DNA of 64,000 bases from Camelus dromedarius (GCF_036321535.1 NC_087437.1:110300001-110364000), one strand, 5' to 3'. Numbered from the stretch's first letter, positions 39,250 to 51,260 are shown. Notes: generated by a model from the sequence alone, not told the origin. Made by a program: numbers and translations.

Positions 39250-41215
39250 TTTTCTTTTATTCAAGTAAAATTGATTATCAATATTGTGTTAGTTTCAGGT
39301 GTACAGCTTAGTGATTCAGTATTTTTGAAGACTATATTATAGGTTATTACAAGACATCACACTATATGGTGTATTCTTATTGCTTATCTATTTTAGTACT
39401 TGATGTCTGTTAATCCCATGGCCCTAATTTGTCTCTCCCCCCATCTCTATCCCCTTTGGTAACCACAAGTTTGTTTTCTGTGTCTATGAGTCTGTTTCTG
39501 TTTTGCATATACCTTTATTTTATATTTTCAAATTCCTCATATAAGTGATATCATATGCTGTTTGTCTTTGGGTTATTTCTCTGTCTGACTTGATTCACAC
39601 AGCATAATATTCTCTGGGTTCAACCATTTTGCTACAAATGGCAATATTTCATTTTTATGGCTGAGTAATATTCCATTGTGTGTGTTTGTGCCAATATTAT
39701 GATGTGTTGATTACTGTTGCTTTGTAGTATAGTCTGAAGTCTAGGAGGGTTATTCCTCTCGATTTTTCCATTTTTTCTGAAGAGTGATTTATCAAATGAG
39801 GGTCCTTTGTTGTCCTAGGATTATTTTTCTATGAATATTAGGATTATTTTAGGATTCTTTGTTCTAGTTCTGTGAATTTTAAGATTATTTGTTCTAGTGC
39901 TGTGAAAAATGTTATGAGTAATTTGATAGGAATTACACTAAATCTGTAGTTTTCTTTGGGTAGCATGGCCATTTCAATTATATTAATTCTTCCAATTCAA
40001 GGCTGCTGGATATCTTTCCATTTCTTTATATTATTTTCACTTTCCTTCATAAAATTTTATAATTTTCAGACTATAGGTCTTTCACCTCCTTGTCTAAATT
40101 TATTCCTGGGTGTATTTTTTATGTGATTTAAATGGTATTTTTTATTTTCACCAACATTTCTTCATGTGTCATTATTAGTGTATAGAAACACAATAGATTT
40201 CTGCATGTTAATTTTGTGTCATGCAGCCTACTGAGTTCATTTGTTAGTTCTAATGGTTTTTGGGTGGACACTGGAGTTCTCTACATAAAGTACCATGTCA
40301 TCTGCACATAGTGACAGTGTTACCTTTTCCTGTCCATTTTGGAGTTTTTTTTTTTTTTTAATATATTTTGATTGTCTGACTTCTGTGGCTAGGACTTCCA
40401 GTTCTATATTAAATAGACATGGTGAGACAGAGCATCTTTATCTTATCCCCGAATTTAGCAGGAAAGCTTTCGACTTTATCATTGAATATTATATTGGCTG
40501 TGGGTTTGTCATAAACAGCCTTTTTATGTTGAGCTATTTTCCCTCTTATCCACTTTGATGAGAGTTTATATGATGAATGGATGTTGAATTTTTTCAAATG
40601 TTTTTTCTGCATCTTTTCAGGTGATCATGTGATTTTTGTCCTTTTTGTTAATGTGGTGTATACATTGATAGATCTGCATACATTAAACCATCCTTGTGAT
40701 CCTGGAATAAATTCAACTTGTTCACATTGTATGATCATTTTTTGTTTTGTTGAATTTGGTTTGTTAATACTTTGTTGAGGATTTTTGTATCTATACTCAT
40801 AAAAGATAATGGCCTATTCTTTCCTTCCTTTTTTTTTTTTTTTTTTTTTTAGTGTCTTTGTCTGGTTGAGGTATAATTGTGGCCTTATAGAATGAATTTA
40901 GGAGTGCTCTCTCATCTTCAACTTTTTGGAATGGTTTATTAATACATTGGGTAGAATCCCCATGAAGCCTTCTAGTCCTGGACTTTCGTTTGCTGGGAGT
41001 TTTTCAAATAACAGATTCAATTTCACTTCTGGTGATCAGTCTGCTCAAATTGTCTGTTTTTTCCTGACAGAGTCTTGGAATTTTGTATGTTTCTAGAAAC
41101 TTGTCTATTTCTTATAGGTTGTCTAATTTGTTGGCATATAACTATTCACAGTACTCTTATGGCTTTTTGCATGTCTGTCATATCACTTGTTCTTTCTCCT
41201 CTTTTTTATTTCTTA
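39250..41215 (-). mobile_element. 5'-truncated L1, unit 3, with a ~1-kb internal deletion
   Basis: ORF 40409-40612 (KAVYDKPTANII) is the L1 RT region; deletion junction near 39690. Confidence 0.9.
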
Positions 41216-41712
41216 TTAAAATGAAGTGACTTTTTACAGTAACAATTCTGAAATCCAAGTTGAAAAGGAGTATAAACTGGGAAGATAATTCATTCTACTG
41301 GACACTCATATTGTGACAACAATAATAAGTTATGATCCAGTAATTTATGGAGTGCCTTCAACAGGAATTTTCACAAAGCAGCCAATTTCATTTTCTGAGA
41401 ACATTAATTATTAGGCAATTTTCTTTTAGGTGATAAATCTTTTTACTTTTCTGACATTGTTCTCTGGTATAATCTGATCACTCTGCTATATTTAATCTTT
41501 AAAAATAGGCATAAAGGAAATATACGTCCATCACAAATTTTATTATTCTTCAGTTTCTTTCCTTTTCTGTCCTCTTTGAAAGTCAAAATTATCAACTTTA
41601 CTGCACAAATTCTCTGGAATTAGCCATTTTACTTTCAGTTCCGCTGCCAACACACACTTTCTGGCTACAATAACCCTGAGTTATTGAAAGTCTTCTGTTT
41701 TTACTGCATTAC

Positions 41713-42093
41713 TTTTTTTTTTTTTAATTGAAGTATATTCAGTTAGAATGTGTCAAATCTGCTGCACAGCACAATGGCCCATCATGCATCTACATACATA
41801 TATTCTTTTTCATATTCTTTTTCCATAAAGGTTATTACAATATATTCAATATAATTCCCTATTCTATACAGAAGAAACTTGGAATTTTATCTACTTTTAT
41901 ATATAGTGGCTAACATTTGCAAATTTCAAACTCCCAAATTTATCCCTTCATACCTGCTCCCAGCCCCCGCCAGTAACTAAAAGATTGTTTACGATGTCTG
42001 AGAGTCTGTTTCTGTTTTTCAGATGAGTTCATTAGAGTTCTGCTTTTTTTTCTTTTTTTAGATTTAGCATATGAATGAAATCATATGGAAAAT
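41713..42093 (-). mobile_element. Young short L1 3'-end insertion with TSD
   Basis: T13 tail then aattgaagtatattcagtt; 22-nt TSD tcttctgtttttactgcattac (41691-41712) / tcttctatctttactgcattac (42094-42115), 2 mismatches. Confidence 0.88.
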
Positions 42094-43358
42094 TCTTCTA
42101 TCTTTACTGCATTACTTTTAATATCTTTCCATTCAAACCTCTAGATATCAATGCATAGTAACAGAAACAATTATCTGTCTTGTGCATCACTGAATAACCA
42201 GCACAGAGAACAGTGCTTGGTGCATAATTTGTACTCAGTCAAAATTTCATCAGTTAAAAAACAGGTGAATTAATTCAAACACTGGTGTGTCCCTCATAGG
42301 CTGTAAGATATTTGGATGTATTACCACCATTATCTCATTTTTCTAAAGCTGAATGTATCAACTGCTCTTTTACTAAGAAAGTCACAACATTTCAGATTGT
42401 CAAGGTATGTGAAGAGCTCATTTGTGAAGATCCTTTTCTGGATATATAAATTATATCATACATGCCTAATAAATGAAATTATATTCTTCCAAAACTGAGT
42501 GAACTTCTCTTCCCCCTTTACACTTGCTTCTGTCCTTCCTAGTCTTTCTTTGCAACTGACATCAGCTCATTTGTCACAACTTCAAAATACCTCCCTGAAC
42601 TATTCCTCTAACACTTTAATCTTCAGCTCTTTCCCATTAAGCTGTTGTAATCCCTCCATAGCAATTGTCTGACAGAATGTATCTCCATTATTTTTACTAT
42701 TTTTTATCTTCATCTACTAGAATTTAAACACTGTGAGAGTAGGAAACTTGCTCATGATTTTGCTTTTGTGTCTTCAATGTCTACGATGAGAACCTCTCAA
42801 AAATATTTGTCAATTAAGTGACTGAAATCAATTTCCTTACCTCAGTTTATGCAAAAAAATTCTATAATTCTATCTAAAGCAGATAATATGATAGAATTTT
42901 TTATTCTGACATATCTGTTCCTTAGTTTTTCATTCTGAAGTGTTTAAAACCTATGTCTACTTGTAATTTCTCATTAATTCTGGAAACAACCTCTTATATT
43001 CCATGAATCCGGTAAGGTTGCTGGTCCTCCCTTGTCATGACCTCCTGAATAGATGTCATTCCACCTTCTCTTTCCCCTCCAGCTCCATCCTAGATACAAT
43101 GGGATTTGCAAAGCACCATTCTGATAAATTGTGAGATTTGTTCCTGAGTATGTGAGTGTCTGAGCATATGAGGTATGAGAAATGGAGAAGACATTTTTCC
43201 TGATGCAAATATAAGGAAAATATGCTTATATTATGTCAAGGAAGAATTCAACATTCAGGCAACATGTGAGCCTGATCCTCAAGAGAGTTCATAACACTTA
43301 AAAAAAAGATTAATTCACAAGCAATTACACAGAGAATTATTAGAAACAACAAACTATT

Positions 43359-43364
43359 TTTATT
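43359..43364 (-). terminator. Poly(A) signal, copy 4
   Basis: AATAAA on minus at the conserved position. Confidence 0.75.
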
Positions 43365-43649
43365 GACAATAAGTGATTTCCCCAACTATAAAATGCTGGG
43401 ATCATCAATACAGTCATAGCAGAGAATCAGAACTTGAGTGCATAGAAGATACCTTTTGGAAAATAGTCAGATGATATCACGGGGCCTCCAGCCACAAAGA
43501 TGCCAATCAAAAAATGGGTAGTTAGAGGTCAAAGCCTCTCTCAGGCATATAATTTCTCGAACATAGCAACCATGGGTTATAGATCCTTGAATCAGCCTTA
43601 TCTATAAATGTGTTGTTTCAGAAGCAAATGGGGCTTGGATAGTGATGGT

Positions 43650-43910
43650 CTAGCAGCAAGAAGAATAACACATCCTATAGCAAACTGGCCTGTAGCTGCA
43701 GTAGCCAGAGCCAGAGCCAGAGCCATATCCACAGCCACAGCAGGAACCATATCCACAGCCATATCCAGTTCCACATCCACAGCCATAGCAGGAGCCATAT
43801 CCACAGCCATATCCAGTTCCATAACCACAGCCATAATAAGGGCTAAATCCACAGCCATAGCTGTTTCCACAGCCATAGCCACAGTAGTTGCCGTAGTAGT
43901 TGCAACACAT
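43650..43910 (-). CDS. KRTAP21-1: KRTAP21-1-like protein, copy 4 (86 aa, Cys-richer)
   Basis: Intact [16 protein letters not shown]...YRPVCYRMCYSSCC with TATA and AATAAA. Confidence 0.88.
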   Translation of the reverse strand: MCCNYYGNYCGYGCGNSYGCGFSPYYGCGYGTGYGCGYGSCYGCGCGTGYGCGYGSCCGCGYGSGSGSGYCSYRPVCYRMCYSSCC

Positions 43911-43990
43911 GTTGTCAAGGGAAGTGAATTCCGGTGGGTTGCAAGAGGAGGTTTCTCAAATGGGTGTCTATGTTCTATTTCCCTGGGACC

Positions 43991-43998
43991 TTTATATA
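43991..43998 (-). promoter_or_regulatory. TATA box, copy 4
   Basis: TATATAAA on minus. Confidence 0.8.
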
Positions 43999-45671
43999 CT
44001 GTCAATAATTGACAGACATACCATCCATTCGCTGACTTAGACAACAAATATGTGAGCAACCATCATGTGCCAGTCATGGTTGACAATAATGGTTTACTTA
44101 AAACAGCTCATTATTTTGGAGACTCCAGTTTTTATTTAAAGAGCATCATTTAAGTTTGTTCTGCCTAAGAATTGTTCAGTAGAATCATGTACCCCCAAAC
44201 TGATATCCATTTTCAAAACTTCCTATCATTTAGCATATATCTTATAAAACAAAGTTGTGGGGATATAGGAAAATTTTCTCCCTTTTTCCTTCTCATCTTC
44301 CTAAAACACCTGCTTCTGGCCATAGGGAAAGACATACTGGCTCCTTTCTTGAATCATTGCAACTTCTTGCCAGGCCTCTCCTACCCACTCTGTATTCCAT
44401 TATCTCCCCCTTGTCCAACTCTCCTCAAACCCTGAGAAGCAGATCAATATCTGATAAATCAAAGCCAAGTCCTCCCACTGGGGCAGTGACTACTTTACAG
44501 GGGTAGATACAGTGTGCTGTATGTAAGGGCTTCTTCTTGTATTTCCTCCTTCCATGTACCCAGCAAAGGGTGCAGGCAGGCAGCCCTTTTTTCTCTCCCA
44601 GTTCTTGTAGCTACATATGTCTTGTCACTGATGAAACTTTCACAGCCTAGCCAACTTTATTTGTGTAGGAAGCAGGAAACTTCAGCCCAGAAATTTTTTT
44701 TTTCATGTGCAGATCTTAACCAGAGTTTTGTGTTATGAAATGTCAGTACATTCCTAGAATTCAATAAACCAGCCTTTTCTTCTCCTATGACTAGTGTTCC
44801 TTGAATGTTTAGTTCATACAAGATGAAGCTGAAGGTGAGTGGATAACTTTGATACCTACAGCAAAAGCTCACCGTCAACTCCTAAAACATTCATGACATA
44901 AAGTAGGACAAAACTCAATTTTGTCCTCTATTTATATATTCATTAATCAAAAGTTCTCAACCTTTTACAAAAATGTTCATTGTGAGTTTGAAAGATAATG
45001 TGTCCCCTTTCTTCCAAATAATCCTATCACACTTACCTTTTCAACATACAAAAGATGAAAATGAGCCTTATTTCTTCTGCTATTAATATTTTTCTTGCCA
45101 CCCTTACTTCTCAGCTAATAAATCTCCTATATATACATCAAAACTCAGAACTAGAATCAGTTCCTTACGGAATCCTTTCCTCACTGCTATCGTCTGGATT
45201 GGATCACCCTCTTTTTTGCTCCTATGTGCAGACACAAGTCATAGCACTTGTCAAGTTTTACTGAAACTATGTCTTGCCTCACTAATTAAAACATGATGTT
45301 TTTGAGGAAGGATTGCGCCTTCCACATCAGAACTTTCAGGCAGAGAGGGCATTTGATCCTTGTTTTACAAAAGAGAAATTTAAGGATCAGTGGGGGTTAA
45401 AGAATAGACCCAAATTAAAGCCACTTCTGGGAGGCATAACTGTGACAAGTTGTTCTGATGCCACACTGAGTAGCCTTTCACTGAAGCTCAAAGTGTGGCC
45501 CGGATTCAGGAAATGGTGTTTGTTTTTGACCTTCAAATTCCACCACCTTTCAAAAATGTCTGACATTATGACTTCTTTATTTTTTATGAATTTTTTTAAA
45601 ATTTTATCTTTATAGCCTCAACTGAACCATGGTAATTCTGCAAGAAGATACCTGTATTTAGCACTTGGGAT

Positions 45672-45716
45672 TAGATAGATGGATGGATGGATGGATAGAT
45701 AGATAGATAGATAGAT
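45672..45716. repeat. Compound (GATG)n(GATA)n microsatellite
   Basis: tagatagatggatggatggatggatagatagatagatagatagat. Confidence 0.9.
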
Positions 45717-46988
45717 GCAGGTATAGACCTCATCCATGTATTTCCTCAATTGCAAAATTTCATGTGCAACACAACTCAGACTCCCTGCAAAGTATCCTTC
45801 TGATATACTAAAAGTGACTTAAATAAGCAAAGAATCTGTGGGAAAAATATACTTTTCAATGAAGTTGAACTTTGCATTCCAATCACTAAAGAATTACAAA
45901 GTTTATCCACACTCATAAAACAGGAAAGATTAGCGTTTGGAATCACTTATCAGAACTCCTCAGACTTATTATGACTGATTTGCCTTGCAATGATCCAGGT
46001 GGTTTATAATAGTGGGAAGTGATCGTAAGGACCCTTGCTCTAAGTTCTTGATATTTCAGAAAAGCCATAATAGAAAAAAGCTTAGTAGAAAATGAGGTGC
46101 TAAGTAGAACTGAGCATCATATCTTGGCCTGACTTTTCCCTCTCACCTTGATTTGTCCACAGGTTACACTATTGACAAACAACTCTTTATGTAGTAAGGT
46201 CCTGCTGGAATCAAATAAATGGGAAAATTCCTGATCTATTGCTTTTTTTTTTTTTTTTTGCACTTGCATTTATATAACCATCTTGGAAAGACTTAACACT
46301 TAAACTCTATGAACTTCCATTTAAGACAATATTTTAAACTCTAAAGATGACTGGTTCTTGAAATAAACTTAGAAAGGAATTCCACACCTTTCCCATGGGA
46401 TGTGGAGGGGTATGGACACAATGTCTGTGCCCTCAGCGCCCTGGTCTCTGTAATAAATATCCCCTCCCAGCTTTCTTGTGTCACAGGGAGCCTGTAGCCC
46501 TAAAATCTACCCCTAGAGATCTCATACCACATTTAATCCAAAGAAGGAGACCACAGAGCCATTTTCCTGCATCCTCTCTTCCAATGAAAATATATTGAAT
46601 TTTCACTGAAGCTACTCATAATACACAATTTTTCTAATTAGGTTTTCCCATCTCCACATATGTTTTTTAAGATATAATAAGCACTTACACATATTTGGTG
46701 GTGGTTTTGCTTGCTATGTATTCCTTGAACAACTCAGCTGACTTCCACAGACACTAATCAGCCACACGCTACAAATAAGGTGCTATCCTGGGAAATGGAA
46801 GCTTGCCAAGACAGATCACATATAATGCTTGCCCCAGGATCAAGCATCTACAAACATAATGGGGCTCCCCAAAAGGAGATCTAGTGTTCTCAGGGTCACT
46901 CTACCTTTCAACCATCTATTCTCTAGGGTTCATCTTCTTTCCACACTACAAGAAGAATAGAAACAATGAAGCTATTGACACTTCTAGT

Positions 46989-47210
46989 CAGTAGATCTAA
47001 ACCAGGATGATTTTGCCCTCTTGGACTCTTGGAGACAGTTGACAATAGCTGGAGACATTTTCAAATTGTCAAGACTTGAAAGTGGGGAGATACTACTACT
47101 GTCATCTAGTGGTAGAAATCAGGATGTGGCTAATTCTGCACAACATAGAACAGCCTCAACGACAAGCCTCTAGTCCAAAATGTCAGTAGTGCTGAGGTCT
47201 GGAAACCTTG
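46989..47210. mobile_element. Full-length MER20-like hAT DNA transposon
   Basis: cagtagatctaaaccaggatgattttgccc...ggagacatttt...catctagtggtaga...ccaaaatgtcagtagtgctgagg...gaaaccttg. Confidence 0.8.
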
Positions 47211-48989
47211 GTTTACAGCTCTGCATCTATAAATAAGCATCTCTAAGTCTATAAATCCAAACGTACCCTTTCTCCTCACTCTATACCAAACGTCCAACCT
47301 TTCCATGACCACACATGCAGTCCAAAAAAAAGGTGTTGCTTTGCTTGCTTGCTTGTTTGTTTTTGCTTATCTTACTTTCTAGGTTTGATTTAAATCACCA
47401 TTTTCAAAATCAGGTAGACTCTAAAATTTAAATTATTTTTTACTGTAACAACCACAATCCAAGGTGGAAGGGAGTCTAAATTCAAGATCACTCTCTCAAC
47501 TGGATACTCGAATTTCAACAGCAAAGGAATGCGGCGATCAAGCGCTTCATGGAATGCCTTCAACAGTGATTTTCACAAAGCTGCTGATTTCAGTTCTTGA
47601 GAACTTTCATTATTAGATAATTTTCCTTTAGTGGAGAAATCTTTCTACTTATTTTTTTTCCTGATACTGATCACTGGTCTATTCTGATCACTGTTACGCT
47701 TCACCCTTAACCATGAACATAAAGAAAATAAATTCCCATGTCAATTTTTCTTTTTCTTTAGTTTCTTACCTTTTCTCTCCTCATTGAAATTCAAAATTAT
47801 AAATTCTACTTCACAGATTCTCTGGAATAGACTCTTTCTTTTCAATGCCATTGCCAACACACTCTTTATGGTCATAATACCCCTGGATTATTGAAAACAT
47901 CTTTTGTCTTTATTGCATTATTTCTAATATCTTTCAAGTCTCTGGACACTCATTTATAACAACAGAAACCACCTCTATTCTGTGCATCCCTGAATAACCA
48001 GCTCTGAGTACAGTACTTGACACATAATTTGAATTCAATATCTCTCCATGAAAAAAATGGATGGATCAAGTCAAACATATGTTCAAACATTGGTGTGCTA
48101 CTTATAAGCTATAAGAAACTTGATTATATGCTTAAGTTGCCGGAACACCAGTTTCTTCTTTCTAAAATGTGGTGTAAGTATTTTTACGTAATTGTTTTTC
48201 ATGTTTCATGCCTGTTCGGTACTCTGGGGCAGGAATTTTGCTTAATAAATGTTATTCCCTTTATCTCATTTTTCTTACACCATAGTTTTAAATTCTTGTC
48301 TATTGAATATTTCCAAATACCCATATTTATTTGTACTGAAATGATGATTTTGTCTGAATTTGATGTAATAGCTTTGTAACTTAAAAGAGGTTATTCAATC
48401 ATATGCATATATATGCCCTAATTAAAAACATTTTTATGATGAGGAAGCAAAACCTTTCAGAAAATAAATTACCCTCCTAGTGGCCTTTTTGTGCCCTGAC
48501 AGAGCCATTTTGTATAGTAATTTATTAACCAAAATACAGTGTCAACATTAAGTCACTGGGTGTGAGATCACGCATATTTTTAAGTTCAGCAATTAAAAGG
48601 TGACTTTATGCTGTATTTATACAGCATATGACTTGGGAACATGTTTAGGTTTATATTATGTCAAAAGTATATCTGATTTTTTTGAAACTCCACAAAAGTC
48701 AAAAGATCAGTTCATAGTAAAAAAAGTATTTTATTTTTCAGGACTCTGTTTGTTTGATAGCTTGGATTAAGTGTTATCTTGAAGAAAGACATTTTAGTCA
48801 ATATCAAAGATTTACTAAACAGTAAATTTTCAATATCCATGTGAAATATGTTCTAGAATTTCCCATAATTAGAAATGTGCATAAATTTCCCCCTTATATT
48901 TTTTCTAGCTTCCAGTCAAAAATCTTCTAGTCTAAACTCTCATTAACAACAAAAATATTCCTTCTAACCAGTCCATCTACATTCTATGT

Positions 48990-49165
48990 TGTAAAGTGCC
49001 TTTATGCACATTATCTCAATTCATTCTCACAACTTTGTAAAATGAACAGAGTGAGTACTTGACAAACAAGTGTTTGGAGAAAGAAGCTGAGGCTCAGAGT
49101 GATTAAGTCACTAGCCTGAAGTCACACAGCAGATGAGTATCAGAGCCAAGTCTTCTTAGTCTTCT
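48990..49165 (-). mobile_element. MIR SINE
   Basis: attatctcaattcattctcacaac...gaagctgaggctcagagtgattaagtcactagcctgaagtcacacagc. Confidence 0.7.
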
Positions 49166-51048
49166 GCTGGTGGGCTCATTGGCATGTGCTCCTTCTGGCC
49201 AGGCCCCCTCTTGCTCATGGGAGAGAGATGCACTGATCTCTAGCTACTCTTATGAGAGTACGGAAGCCTGAGAATTCCTTTCCAGATATAGATGGTGATT
49301 ACACTTCCCCAGAAGTGATCATAAATGTGCACAAAGACTGATTATCCCACTTCCCTATCTGATGGCCAATTCCTACTCATGCCTCAGGCCTCAACTCACG
49401 TGCCCCTCTTCTCAGAACTCTTTCCTGACTCTCACAGTGCTAAATAACACTGTATTTTATAACTTTCATAGCATATTACTATAAAAACAATTACTTCATT
49501 CTATTTTTAGTCTTATTATGTTACTTCTACAGGAGATTATGAATTCACTGAGAACTGGACCCATTTGGATAGATAGACAGACACAGACATACATACATAC
49601 ATGGGTAAATAGATACATAGATAAATTGTCCACAGCATCTACCATAGCACAAGCCTTTCCTCTCTTTCCTTAGCCTTTAAATTGGGTAACAACACCTTCC
49701 TACACCACAGAGTATCCAGAAGACCTGTGCTGATTCTATTTAAAGACAGAATGATTGAAATTCACACCTGCCATGATGTTCTTCCTATTTTTCTACATAC
49801 TTTGCAGTGTGACAAGCTGACTGTCCCTTTCATCCACACTCCCTACTCCTGCCAGAAATACAGAAGACAAAAATCAGAGTGAGAGAAAGAATATCCCCCT
49901 TTACTTTCTTGTTTCTGGAGTACCAACATCATTTTCCCTGCCAGTCAGGCTCAATATTCCTCAGTCATTCTTGATGAACAGTTCACAGAATTTCAGGGCC
50001 AGATGTCCACTCAGCCACCACTTATCCTGGAATTCTCACTTTGGTGATCTTGGTTGCATTGCCTGTGATCACGCGGCTTCCATTACGTGCATTCCCATGG
50101 AATAGCCAATTCAGCTCTTGAGCCATAGTTATTGGAAAGATATATTTAGAAATCATTTTCCCTGTAGCTATTACCTATTGGTCTCAATTGTGATTTCTGG
50201 GACATAGGAAACAAATCCAATTCGCCTATCAGATTATAAATCTTTAAATATGTTTTGATAGCTCATGTCACTTCTTTCCTCACAAGTCTAGAAATTTTAA
50301 GGGTACATTTTCCACTAAATTTCTCTTTCTTGGACATCTCTTCTATCTTCCCTCTCATCGTGTCCAGAAAGCAGAGATTTACCCTATAGATGGGTTCAGA
50401 AGTCTATCACTTCTTTCCCTTTATACGTGTCTATACTCAATTCAGGTCCACACCACTTCTTCCCTGAATTCTCCTAGACTCATATTTCTTCCTCTTCCAG
50501 TCCATTCTGTACGACAATACTGGTTTCATTCCCCATAAATGTTAATTCTTATTTCTGTGCATGTGCATATACAAGTGTGTGTGTTTATTATTTTAGGTGT
50601 GAATAATCATTAAACACTAAATTGTTGAAGAAACATGTTTGAGAAATGTTTGGCTAAACCAGTGAAGTCACAGGGAAGCACAAAAAGTAAAAAAATAAAA
50701 AATTGTTAAACAAGGAAGTTGCAAAACCCGTAGTCGTTGATGATTTAACGTAAGATTGATGACACAGAGCTGACAGACTCAAAGAAAGCATTTCATTGGG
50801 AAACTGATTTGCCCCAGTGTGGAGCACTAAGGCTCACAGCCAAGGACACAGCAAAGAAAGAAACCATGAGACAGATGTAAGAGTTAAATTTCATAAAACA
50901 AATGGAATTTTGTCTTCTTTCTTCCATTGGTATCAAAGCCCATCTATGGAAAAAACATTTAAAAGGAATAAAAGTAGTCGATGACTGCTCCTTGGAACAG
51001 ATTTCCACTTGCCACTTCAGCAGCAAAGGATGCTCTGGTACTGATATG

Positions 51049-51260
51049 CCAACAGCAAGAGAAATAGCACCTCCTCTAGCAAAATGAATGGTAGCCATGG
51101 CAACCACAGCTGGAACAAGAGCTTGACGCTTATGGACACAACCATAGCCAGAGCCAGAGCCACACCCCAGGGTCCAGGAGTGCCTTCATCCCTGGACTTA
51201 GCCCGCGTCAGCGCTGCATCTACACGCTCCATGGAAATTCCTACAGCGGGAGCAACTCAC
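51049..51260 (-). pseudogene. Heavily decayed KRTAP21-like pseudogene
   Basis: Start is GTG (51260); stops at 51198-51200, 51186-51188 and 51076-51078; one frameshift. Remnants GCGSGSGYGC and SSCGCHGYHSFC*RRCYFSCC; upstream TGAGCTCATT motif retained. Confidence 0.7.

Larger units (their letters stand above)
26080..48130. repeat. Tandem segmental duplication, four ~5-6 kb units, each with one KRTAP21-1-like gene
   Basis: ATGs at 27382, 32308, 38400, 43910 (spacing 4926, 6092, 5510). UTRs, promoters, MER20 half, L1 and spacer blocks recur colinearly. Outer boundaries approximate. Confidence 0.93.

Noticed and set aside
33052..39342. Identical 66-aa ORFs at 33052-33252 and 39142-39342, and similar ORFs near 32555 and 38757
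   Set aside because: TTG starts, overlap with MER20 or L1 3' sequence, and not conserved in units 1 and 4; identity is due to DNA homogenisation
27080..43910. Regularly spaced short repeats resembling a CRISPR-like array
   Set aside because: These are coding GYG/GCG repeats without unique spacers, in mammalian DNA
27041..44059. Long Ala/Ile/Ser/Thr-rich plus-strand ORFs (147, 128, 140, 134 aa) and Met/Ala/Val-rich alternative-frame minus ORFs overlapping each KRTAP
   Set aside because: Shadow frames of GGC-TAT/TGT codon repeats that lack stops. Most begin at non-ATG codons or upstream of the TATA box, and their recurrence just reflects the duplication.
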